64,000 nucleotides of DNA from Hydrolagus affinis (lineage: Eukaryota), in the NCBI GenBank assembly GCA_012026655.1, contig JAAILG010000381.1:1-64000 (forward strand), read 5' to 3'. The position numbers were made by a program, and so were the translations under genes. The notes below the pieces were generated by a model. It saw only the letters and a list, made by a program, of their open reading frames with translations. It was not told the origin of the DNA and searched no databases. Positions 37,001 to 48,800 of the stretch are shown here, piece by piece; the stretch's first letter is position 1, and every line of letters begins with the position of its first letter.

Positions 37001-39780
37001 TGAAACAAACACACTGCCAAAAACGGGCAGTTTGACCCGACTAGTTAAATAATAATCTGTGTTATAATCCTTCACATCTTATCAACGTCTCAAAGCGCTT
37101 CACACAGCGCTTTGAGACGTTGATAAGATGTAAAGTGAATTGACTGTAGATTTGTGGGCGAAACACTGCAGCCAATCGCGCACAGCTGCGTCCCCACAAA
37201 CAGTCGTGGATTGAAATGACCAATTTTATTATTGTGGGTTTTTTGGGGAGATGGATTATTATTAGGCGTGTTTGTGAAGTAAGGAAATTTGCCTAAGGTT
37301 TCGTCCTCACCTGCCTGCATTAGAAACACAGGTCTCATGCTTGTAAGGCAAGTGCTCTAACCACTGAGCTACAGTAGCTCCACATACTTATTGGGCAAAA
37401 GCAGCAACTGTCTGATATGTACTTCAAGTCTGCAATTATGTAGTTGATTTGTAATTAAGGAGAGCTTGTCTTTGTGACTGTCTCATTCTCTATTAGATGA
37501 CTACTTCTAAGATTTTTCTAACCCAGGTAGAATATTTAAAACAACTAGTTCAACATCCCAATGTTGGGGATTGAACCCCCAAACATTCTGTTTCAGATGC
37601 AAGAGTTCTACCAACTGAACTGGGCTGAATGAATGACCAAAACATGAATGACCAAGCCAAAATGTATGCTTAAATAAGTATTCATCATAGCACTAGTCGT
37701 ACCTTTGGGGTTCAACTTTTTGCCTGAGACAAAGACAAGGTCCCCTGGCTCCATAGTCTCCTGTGTCCTTATGTTCGGGAGTGTGTCATACATGTAACTC
37801 TTGTTCCCATGAATAATAAATCCAAAGTCATCCCTCAGGTCTCGTACAACTCTCCTCACCAGCCCACCGCCATCCCGAAACAAAGGTGTTTTGTCTTCCG
37901 GAGCTAGGAAATAGTTAGTAGGAAAATGGCAATGTCACACTAAATCAGATCATATTATTGCAAAGCAACCTTAATTCACTTTGCGTCAGAGTGATTTCTG
38001 GCACTGGTAGAACAATGTTGATAATGATGAATCCCAATATGAAAAAGATCACACTGTGTACGGTCCAGAACAATCTGCGGTTCAATCCCTGATCAGTGTT
38101 GAGTTTGCTGATCTGAGTTAAGAACATTGAGTATGTGTGTTAATGTTACGTGATGACAGGATTGGATGTGATCATGCTTCAGACAGGCAAGAGTCTTGGT
38201 GAAACTCACTGTCTAACCTGACAAATGAGAACAGATACTTGACTGAGATATAGATTTGCTACTGCTCTCGGAATCATAGGTAGCGTGTGAGTCTAAGAAA
38301 TCCATTGACAAACACCCCGATTATTAAATTCCGCAAGCCATACTGATAGTGATCAAACAGGCGAATTGAATGATATAAAAGTATGACATACTGTATATGC
38401 TGGATTTGTACAGTCATTCTGAATTAAGCATAGAAACATAGGAACAGGAGTAGGCCATTCAGCCCTTCGAGCCTGTTCCGCCATTTAATTAGATTATGAC
38501 TGATCTGTATCTCTACTAATCCTTTTAATTCCAATTTCCCGCTTTCTCCACGTATCCCTTAACACCCTGACCTACCAAAAATTTATCAAGCTGACTCTTG
38601 AAGGTGTGGATGGATCTAGAATCGGGAGAGAAACTTCCAGATTTCTACCAACCCTTTGAGTAAAAAAAAATGCTTCCTGATTTCTATGTCCCCTTGCTTT
38701 GCATTCCACCACCAAAAAAAGTAGCTTTTCTGATAAGCAATTCTATCCGAGTGACGTCAAGCACACAATGAAGTCTGGCCATTTTTGCTTACTCACTTCC
38801 TGGTTGGTAGGACTTCTGTGCATATGGCACACCGATGTAATTCTTTGCTTGTTCGATGAATTTTCGCCGCAGTTCCCATTGCTGAACTGTGTTTGTCACC
38901 TGGTGGGGCTTTGTACTTATCACTGAAGCATCGTGCAGTTCCTCCTGCAGTGGGCACAAGGTCGAGAGAATTACTTTAACAGGTTCAATAAATCCACTAT
39001 TTTATTAGTTGACGTTTTATATAACGTTCATCGAACATTCATTATTCTCTTGCCCTTAAGCTTCTGAATCTGGTTTTCTTGCGAGCTATGACTTATTCCA
39101 CCTCATTGTTGAGATGGTTGAGATTGCAGTCACTAAACTCCCTTCCAAAATATCTTTGCCTTATTTCTTCTCTACCTGCCTACAAAACCCTTTTAATTAC
39201 CTTCCACCGACTGATAGAAATCTGGAAAACTATGCTTTGAGACGCAGCTCTACATGTTCCAGAACACTAGAACCTCCCATTTCTTTTAGACGAGGGCATG
39301 GGTTGTTTAAAATGACAATTTGCACTTATAATGGCTCACTTTATGTGGGACTTTGGTTTTAATGTTTCATCCAAGGGTATGGCACCTCCTTCAATAGAGA
39401 ACTCCCCCAGTACTGCACTAGATTGGTAACCTGGACTGGGGCTCAACTCCCAGTTTGGCCTTGAGGCAAGAGCGCTGTTAACTGAGTAAAGCTGACACTT
39501 GACGTAGTTTCTTGGAGTAACCCAAAATAAATGAGGAAACCACAGGGTGGAAAACGCAACACGTGAAACTGATGGCTGAATGCTGTGTGCTGGAAATTGT
39601 GCAATTTCACTACTACAATTTGCTGGCACCATCTCAGAGATCAGCCCATGTTCTCGGAAGACACGCATTACAAGCAGCGATAACAAAGATGGTGACGTGA
39701 GGAGGCAGGTTCGCATTTTTCACTGAAGTGACATAATCACCTCATGTGCTGCTTCCTCCATCAGAATCATAGTTTTACGG
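34035..39780 (-). CDS. Uncharacterised NlpC/P60 (papain-like) domain protein, catalytic Cys position replaced by Gly; acidic linker; possible hydrophobic C-terminal tail (455 aa as modelled)
   Basis: Phase-consistent GT-AG exons: 39751-39780 (MILMEEAAHE, tentative start), 38797-38944 (..LRRKFIEQAKNYIGVPYAQK), 37703-37903 (PLFRDGGGLVRRV..MEPGDLVFVSG), 36724-36913 (HNIVHVEIWFGDGEKTLGAR..KSIDTWLQGNCM), 34035-34833 (SHCGEHKW.. acidic S/T/E-rich ..LLYIFCPLFLAFALELLAVYLFVL*). Total 1368 nt, open. The motif order GxPY / D-C-x-G / GDLVF / HV-x-I matches NlpC/P60. Confidence 0.82.
37064..37382 (-). mobile_element. tRNA-derived SINE with internal inverted duplication
   Basis: Family sequence; palindrome at 37074-37131. 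Confidence 0.8.
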
Positions 39781-41234
39781 GTTGTTTCAGGTCGAGCATA
39801 ACTTGTTGCAGTACTACGTTACTGAAATTATTATCAAAGGTACTGTTAAATTGACTCCAATAAAGGTTAAATTTACAGTGAACTTTACAATGGGGCGATT
39901 GTGGAGTCCGGTTAGGCAGCAGTAATATGTCTATTTAAGGAATTTTGTTCAATGATACTCCACTACACGCAGTGCCACCTACTGAGCTAAACTGACATCA
40001 TCAGAGTTCTTTAACATACAAACCACAAAAGAGTGTCAGATGCGGAACACCGGCCCGACTGTCTTTTCGTTACAACATTGGTGTCCTGGCCTCAACTAAT
40101 CACTGGTATAACAGCGAGAGGTGTATAGCTAGTTGGAAGCACTAACGTTTTTCAGAAGCGCAAGCCGCTGAGATCAGATTTTCAGTGAGTCTCAGCTCTC
40201 AACTAATATTGGGCCGTGCTACAGGCACAAGCTTTGCGCATTTTACAAACCCCAAATGATAGGCAGAGCCACCGAGGACCAAGGTAAAGACTGCTGTTTA
40301 ATGATATTCACACGAACCCTCAATTAGGCAATCAAACTGAAACTTCAAAGTTTCCATCAATGTACTAATCTACAAAGAGTTCAAACTCCACCACACCCAG
40401 CACGACATTTTCTGTTGCTTTGATTTATTTTTTAATCAAACTGGTCTAACTTGTAAAGGTATAATTTCTACAAGAACTCTTCCCGAATGTGTGCTTTGAA
40501 CATGGTGTTTAAAGCTGTAGCGATGCCTGTTTAGGTAAAGATGGTAAAAATCAGACAACACTATTTGAAAGGGAATTTCTTTCTCCCCCTCTGTCCTGGT
40601 CAACAATCTTCTGGACTAATTGGCACTTTGTGGCTGTTTGTGAGATCATCCAATGGACAAACTAGCTGCTGCACTTGCCTTCAGAAAGTTAATACACTTC
40701 TCTGAGCAGAGTTTTGAAATATTTAAATGGTATAAAATGCAACACACATATTATTCAAAAATCAAAGTAACTTATCAACTGGTCACTGGGTGTGCAGGAG
40801 GCAAGTTCCCTTTTCCAACTTTTTTTTCGGTCAGTCGGGTGTTTGATAATGTGGAAACGTCACAACCAAGCTTAATCCATGAGTTTTAATGCAGCCCAAA
40901 TTTAGAGGACGCAATTTTTTCCTTTGGCAAATGTACATGAAGTAAGTTTGACCATATTATTGCAGTTCCCAGTAGTTATGAGCTCACAGGACAAAAATTC
41001 CGGGTTTGTGGCACTTGACTGTAAGTCGAGAAACTCTTGTTGGGACAGAAGAAGGACCTACAAATGTAAGTGGGCAAGTGTGAATAATCTCAGCGCCTGC
41101 ATCCTTTACGTTATTGAGAACCAACACTCATCAAAAAGTGCAGTCAGAATTTATACTTGATTAATATTCCTCAATAAACTGTACTTGGAATCGTTAATTG
41201 AGTATGAACCTATGCAAAGACACCAACCTATTCG

Positions 41235-41527
41235 CTCTGTGAATTCAGCTTGCGGCAGTGAAGGGGTTATCGGCAACTTGTTCCGTTTGTGTAGGTGTTG
41301 GGCATGTGTTTGGCCGTACTCTATTTGGCAGTTAATACAGTATGTGGAATCTGGGTCCCTCTGCGGTATATCCTCATAGCAACCGCTTTATGTCACTGAG
41401 ATTATCCAACAAAGGAGTGAGCACAACTGCAAACCAGCCTGGGCACTCCTCCTCATGTCATTGTACAACTCGTTGGAAAGAACCAGTCGTGTAACTTCAC
41501 CTTCATTTCTCACCCACCCGGAAGTTT
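41235..41527 (-). promoter_or_regulatory. Putative promoter/first exon of the NlpC/P60 gene
   Basis: Lies ~1.5 kb 5' of the first coding exon. Contains an ETS motif CCGGAAGT (41518-41525) and an RFX X-box half-site (CATAGCAAC, ~41375-41383). Duplicated at 14794-15080. Confidence 0.55.
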
Positions 41528-42143
41528 TTTTTAAAAAAAAAGAAGAGCAACACCCAAATTAAAAACTGAAATGCTTTAATTCTCGGTAGCCGACCGGTAA
41601 TAAGAGCATTACATTCTGGACAGTCTTTACTCGTGTTTCTGTTCTGCTTCTGAAGAAAAAAATGTACTGTAGTATTTTTCCTCAGAAGCCCATAAAATCC
41701 AATCACAGCCGCAGGGAATTCTCTACCCCCAAAAGGCTGTAGATGATCAATCCTTGAACATATTCAGGATTGAAATTGATAGATTTCTTATGGATTAAGA
41801 GATATGGGGATATGGCGAGAAGGTGGAGTTAGATTAGACGGTCAACCATGATTTTATTGAATGGCGGAGCAGGCTCAAGGGGCCGAATGGCCTACACTTG
41901 CTCCTTATTCTTATGTTCTTATGCATCAGTGGTGCCAAAATTAAGCTTATTCATTGTTAATTTCAGTCATAATCTAGCTGCTAAATGTATCTTCCCCAAT
42001 ATTATGTCTTTCTTATTGTGCCTCAGTAGCAAAGCCTTCAACAAACAATGGAAGCGAGAGTTTGTGATGCAATGTTTGTATACTTCAGTTTCCATTTTAC
42101 AAAACATGACACAAGAGAGAGCATAGATCAGTGCAAGGATGTA

Positions 42144-42332
42144 CAGTAAAATCCCGATCAACCGTAACTTCCGTATAACCGGCACATCAAAAAAAGGTCC
42201 GCATTCGATTAACCGGAATTTATCCAGACAAATGCATTCAAAAAATTATTCTGTTTTCGGCCGAATATCTGACATGGGCTTTAACTGACATTGGCCAGGT
42301 CCCGAGGGTACTGGATAAACAGGCTTTTACTG
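42144..42332. mobile_element. Tc1/mariner (Tigger-like) MITE
   Basis: TIR CAGTAAAA..TTTTACTG flanked by TA on both sides. Confidence 0.7.
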
Positions 42333-42691
42333 TACTAATATAGAGATGCCCAAAGTACTGGCTTTTATAAAGGGATTCCTTAATTAAAACGTCCAGAGCC
42401 ACCAGAAATACATCACAGTGAAGTCAAAAGTAGATTGCACAATAGGAATCTCTGAGAGGCAGCACATTTGTAGACCCAAAATGTGTCACTGTTAGCACAA
42501 GGCGATAAACTGAAGGTACATTATGATTACCAGAGGAGGGAAGAGGAAACAGCCTAATCATTATGAGCTGCAATAAATTTAGCAGTCCCAAACATCTGGT
42601 TATATCTGTGTACATATGCAAAGTATGGCTCCATTCCAACCCATAATGGAAGAATAGCAAAGTGGGGATCAGTCCCCCAAATTGTATATAT

Positions 42692-43030
42692 AATAATCAT
42701 TCTTGCATTTGATATAGCGCTTTGCACGTCATCTAGACGTTTCAAAGCGCTTCGCAAAATATACTGTAAAGTGAATTCATTATTTTTTTGTGGGGGGGGT
42801 TGAGGGAGGTGCGAAATGCGGCAGCCAATTAATTGCGCACAGTAGTGTCCTAAGAACAAGCATGGATTGAAATGACCAAATTTATTATTGTGTTTTTTTT
42901 TAGGAGGGATTATTATTAGGCCTGTGGAGTATGGAAACTTGCCCAAGGTTTCGCCCTGACCTGCCTGGAATCAAACCCAAGTCTCTCATCTGCAGGGCGA
43001 GTGATCTAACCACTGAGCTACAGGACTCCA
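42692..43030 (-). mobile_element. tRNA-derived SINE
   Basis: Family tail through to head ..accactgagctacaggactcca. Confidence 0.85.
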
Positions 43031-45246
43031 ATATATGCTTAGTGTTACAACTGTACTGGCCTACTATAGATAAGTGGGCAATGCTTACTTTATTATATGT
43101 ACGTCAGCATCCAATAGATGAAGGAAAGTCAAGATTTCCTTTGTGCATACAGGATCAGTTCTTGTTTGCCTAAGGAAATCCCCCTTGGGGTACTTTGCCT
43201 GAGTGAGTGACAATTTTTCACACAGCTTACATAGTAAAAAATTTGAAAAGGTGCCAGGGTTCAATAGTGGGTTAATATGTAATAATATGCAGCTAAAATC
43301 GTGAAATTTTAGTTCCAGAAAGACCGAGAAATCAAACACCACATCCAACACCGCAACACCGCACAAGTGACAACCCAAACTTGTGTGAATTCAAAGACGA
43401 GGCTTGAACCCCGCAACTTGCTGACTCACACGGAGAGTGCCACCAAGTGAGCCCAGACTGACATAATTTTGGGTGATAGGATAGCATGATTCACCCACAT
43501 ATTCCTGAAGTAAGAGGACATTCTCAGCCATAAAATCTAAGCTGAAAACACCAGTTGGATTGTGTTATTTTTTAAAGCAATGAGCATGTTCAGTGAACAT
43601 AACAACGGTATGAAAAGCACAAGATGTCCTGTGACTTAGGGGACATGGGTTTAGGTTAGAGTGAAAAACACTGAGTAGTCGGCATAATTTAATGCATGAT
43701 TAACTTAAACTTCATTTATTTGTTTCACTTGCACATCTGTGAACTTTGCATTCAGGTGAATGTTTCACCCATCAAAAATACAGTATATTCTGTGAAGCAC
43801 TTTGAGACATGATAAGGTTCTCTATCAAATGCAAGGATTATTATCATTATTATTATTCTGTTAAATATCCCATTGACATTGAAAAGCAACGGGAGTTTCT
43901 CTCGATATCCTGGCCAATAATCCCCTAGAATTGGTAAAAAAAATTAACGATTTCACTTCATGGCTATTTTGTGGGAAAATGACTGTGTTCGAATTAGCTG
44001 CCAATTAGATATAATTGCACAGTTACCACATGTCACAGTAAATTCTATGAAGCACTGCGATATTTTCATGACACGGCAAGATGCTATATCTAATAAATGT
44101 AAGGATCATTATCATAATTATAAAGATGTTAATGTCAAAACTAGTAAATGGAGTATTTTCCCAGTTTAGAATCACTCTCAAGTCAGAGAAACTGTGAGGT
44201 TAGACTTGAGTAACAATCTCTTTACTGTACTCCCAACAATATTAACCCTAATTTCGGAGGCCCGCTATTCAACGGTGTGCATTTATTTGTCCACTTTCCA
44301 CATTCGCCCCCGAGTGAAGCGAATGGTTTTGTGATGGTTCAGCTCCCACCATCACAAAATGGGATTCTACAAATTATTAATTGGGATATTTCCCCCAAAA
44401 GTATGATGTGTATCTTGTGCAAATATGATCTCATGTGTAAATGTGTAACACACTGGTTAGGTCGCAGTTGAAATATTGGGTTCAGTTTTGGATGTTCTAT
44501 TTTTGACTGGCTAAATTGGGGCTTTTTTTTTTACCGGAGAAGGATATGATCAAATCTTTAAAATTCTGATAAGGATGACAGGGTAAATAGGTGAAAGGAA
44601 AATTCCTTCTGTTGGGGAAATTAGTAACATGTGGGAATAGTCTCAAGGTTGTTAGAAGGAAGTAGGGGAGAGATTAGAAGCAATTTCTGCACTCAGAATG
44701 CAGAATTCATTACTACAAGTGGCTATTGAAACTTGGTCAACAGAGAGTCATTCAAAAGGAAACTGGATAAGCACCTGAGAAATAATAATCCTTACATTTG
44801 ATAAAGCGCCTTACACATCAGGAGGATTTCTCAAAGCACTTCACAGGATATATCGTGAAGTGTAATGACTGCATATTTTGTAGACAAAATAAAAACATTA
44901 ATGAGTGTGGATGAAGAACTGTGAAAGTGAGATTATTCGTCAAGGATGTGTAATAGAAGATGTGAAAAGCGCCATATCAAATGTAAGGATTATTAAGGAT
45001 GAAAAACAGGAAGCAATAGCCCAGAACAATGGTCAGTTGGCCTCCTACTGTGCTGTAAAATTCAAAAGTTTACGACACAGACTCATTGGGAATTAATAAT
45101 AACAATAATAATAATCCTTGCATTTGATATAGTGCTTTTCACATCTTCTAGTTGTCTCAAAGCACATCACAGAATTATAATAATAGTATAATATTGTTGT
45201 TAGAGCAATTTCAATTTGAGGCATTTAAAGGTGAGGATGTAGATAA

Positions 45247-45888
45247 CAGAGCTGCCAACCTTCAAGGAAGATGTTCAAGAAGGTTACAGTAATTTTTCAG
45301 GAAGGTTTGTTACATTTTCAGGAAGGATTTTGTTATTGTCTCTATCACTTCAGTATCAGCTGATAGTTAAGCCATTAACTTGACATTAACAGGCATCCAG
45401 GCACCCTGGACACCTTAATTTTAGCGTTGGGCGCGTAAAAAAAATAAAAATGTTATGATCTACAACACACTTGGGCGCCTTGAAAAAATCTGAAGGTCCA
45501 GCTGGGCCCCCTAAAATAAAGATTTAGTGTAAAATAAAGATTTATTACTCTCTTTGGAGCTCCCATGCACGTGCGTGTACTAAAGTACAGCAGTGCAGCA
45601 TACACACAGACACACACTGCATAATGCACACTACCACTCCCTGCACATTGCAAAGAGGGGTTTCTGCCACACACACACGGCCTTGCTAACTATTAGACAC
45701 GCTCCCTCCCGAGACACTGTGGACTTGTACACACGTACATGTAGTAACTATATGGGTGGTGCAAGGGGGATTTAGCTTAAATTATGAAATGGCAAAAAAT
45801 CGGAAGTTATTTATCCGGATCGGGAGGGCAGAAGGGAGCATGTAAAAGCGGAAGGCTTCCGCAAAAATCGGGAGGGTTGGCAGCTCTG
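45247..45888. mobile_element. Non-autonomous DNA transposon with 14-bp TIRs and a 6-bp TSD
   Basis: CAGAGCTGCCAACC..GGTTGGCAGCTCTG flanked by AGATAA on both sides; subterminal ttttcaggaagg repeats. Confidence 0.75.
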
Positions 45889-48800
45889 AGATAATCAAAT
45901 GTGGAGGAACAGTATTAGAGAATAATAATAATTATTGTATTTCATAAAGTGCGCCAGGTCCTGCGACCCACCCACCACACCATTTCACTCCACCCTCGCT
46001 ATCCCCAACCCCAGCTCGGGTCTGAAACGATTGTCCAGCTCCTTGGGACGTCCTCCTGACGTGAAAAACGCTATACAGTACAAGCGTCATTTTGTTGTTG
46101 TTGTTGAAACGCTTCACACAATAGTGTAAAGTGAATTGACTGTATATTTTGGGGTGAAATATACTTGCCACTCCACTTCCGAGTCCTTTAACCTTGTATT
46201 TCAAATGGACATTAAAGACCCCATCGCACCATTGTTATGAAGAGCAGGAAGTTATCCAGGGTTCTGACTATTCCCACACCACCAAAAAACAAGATCGCTC
46301 ATCTCATTGCTTTTTATGGGACATAACTGGTAATAATTATTCATTATTATTATAACCAGTGTGGATTACCTTGAATGAGTGACTGCCTAACAGTCACTAC
46401 CCTTCAAAGTAAATTAATTCCGGTGTAAAATCCTTTGATGTGATTAGGTGCTATTTCAAGTGCAAGTATTATTTATAGGATTATTGTTTCGGCTGTCCCT
46501 CTCATACCATGTTGTTTAATCAAAGTCAGAGGCGGGTCTAGGTATCATTTTTAGAAACTAACATGAAGAATTTCAGATACTGTGTGGACTTTCATGCATG
46601 CGTGGGCTTCCTGCAGTTAAATGGACGAAAGGAGATTATCAAAAGCCCATCATGAGTGGCAGGGTCCAGATAACAGAAACAAATGTGAGCTGTGTATTTG
46701 ATGTGCAAATAATGTTCAGGGTTTCTGTTAAAACAATTTGGTTGTTTTGTCGTTTGTTGTTTGTATAGGCTCTTTGAAGTTCCTGAAAACTCAACACTTC
46801 AGCTTAGATGTGTTACAAAAGACTGCAGTTAATTCATTTGAGCAGCTCACAATAAGGTCGAATAGGGTCATAAGCAGTTTCCAGGAGGGGGAATTCTAAC
46901 ATCTAGCTGAAGTGGCTCTGAAGATTATGACAATTTAAGGAGCTTGGAAACTCAAAACCAATAATAGGGTTATTATTGTGGATTGGGAGAGAGAGAGAGA
47001 GAGGGAATCTTACAGATCGGGTGGGATTGAAGTCGAGTTTTACTTCCAAATAGTAGCCAAGTAGCATGTGTCAAGGGTTATTTAGAGGCCAATGCCTGCC
47101 CTTTGTGTAAGTGTTTGCCATTTTCATTGCAGAGTGGTGAAAAGTATGTACTCTGGAAGTCTTCAGCTATCTCCCAGCACTAGTCCCATAGTGGATGTGA
47201 AAATAATGTAGATTTCTGGTAATCATATGGAATACAGCACACAGTAATATCCAAATCCTTCTTCTACCAGAAGTTATCCAGAGCGACAGTCCTTTTCTTT
47301 CACCTGTAGACTGACTCTGTCTCTCACTCCTTCCCTCTAACACATACTTTAGTTTGTGCAAATACGCACTTTATTCTGCTGGGCTAATTATATTTGTCCA
47401 ACTTGCTGATAGTATGAGGGCATTCTACAGCAACAACTACTTAGATTTATAAAGCGCCCTCCGGACGGCGTCTCAGAGCGCTTCACAATAATGGATCCGG
47501 CGGCGAGCCAGGGGCAGGGGTAGAAAGGTGACCGAAGGCGCAGTCAAAGAGAACGGAGTTTAGCTGTGACCTGAAACTGGGAAGAGAGGGGGCGAGGCGA
47601 AGGGAGTGAGGAAGGGAGTTCCAGAGCCTCGGGGCGTAGTGGCTGAAGGCACAGCCGCCGAGGGTGGAGCGGAGGATTCGGGGACATGGAGGAGGCCAGA
47701 CCTGGTGGAGCGAAGACAACAGGTGCTGGTTTGAAGAGAGAAGGGAGGAGAGGTAGTGGGGTGCAGGGGAGTGGAGGGCTTTGAAAACAAGGGTGAGGAT
47801 CTTAAAATCAAATTCTACCCTAACTTCCTTCCACCAAGGAACCGTGAGACAGCGATCAGAAGTGGGATTAAACCTGATCCCTGATCTAGGGGTGGGTCAC
47901 CATGACTAAAAAATTGCTATCGTGGTTCAGAGCAACTAACAGCACAACCAGTAACCCTCTCGCCTGTTTTGCTTAATCCTAAACATTGTAGTGTAATTTA
48001 CCCACTGGGCCATCGAGGGAACTCCCATTTTAAATTCAGACATTAATCCGCCCCTTCAGGGCACTTTACGAGCAGGGAAGGGGAAGATCAGAGATATTTA
48101 GTGGTCAATGTATTAAACTCCTTGCGTAACTTTTTACCGTTGCTGAGGCTTAACGCCTTAAATGCTACTCCAGTAAAACTTCAGTGGAAAGGATGGGAAT
48201 TCAGGTGGATTTGTCAGCCTGGTGTAGCTAGAGTTAACTCCACACGCCAGATTGGAAACGGTTGGTTTAACTGCTATGTAATTTGAGCCCCTGTAATCTT
48301 TGGAGTTTTGAATATAAAATTCATAAATGATTTGTCAAAATGAGGCTCAGAGTTCAGCTCATAAACCAGAAGGTTTTCAATGTTTGATTCTCCTCTAACC
48401 TGGGTGTGGCTCTGAGCTGCAGCAACATTTTCCAAATTCCAAGTTTCACCTCAGGTTCAGTGTTAAACACACAGGCGGAACTAGTTCCTGGATCGCTGAC
48501 ACCCACATCGTTCTGGTGATTTACGATGAGGGAGCGGTGGGTGGAGGGGCAGGGAAGCTGTTGGAAAGCCTGTGACTGCAACAACACTCCAAACCAGTTT
48601 TCCAGTAATATCAAATCACTCTTGATTTTTGCGATACAAAGACATTAAAAGTTTCAGGTTGCTTTTTCTTTTGTGAATTTGAAGTTCAATAACTGATGTA
48701 ATGCGATCAGATGTTACCTACATATAAAACAGGATGGGAGCGTTGCGGCCAAACAAGCTAGTGGCGTTGGAATAGACTCCTATCGGAATTCTATTGAAAG

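Noticed and set aside
39336-39716. 126-aa minus-strand ORF in the NlpC gene region
   Set aside because: Its 3' half is an old SINE and it is not needed for a phase-consistent gene model.
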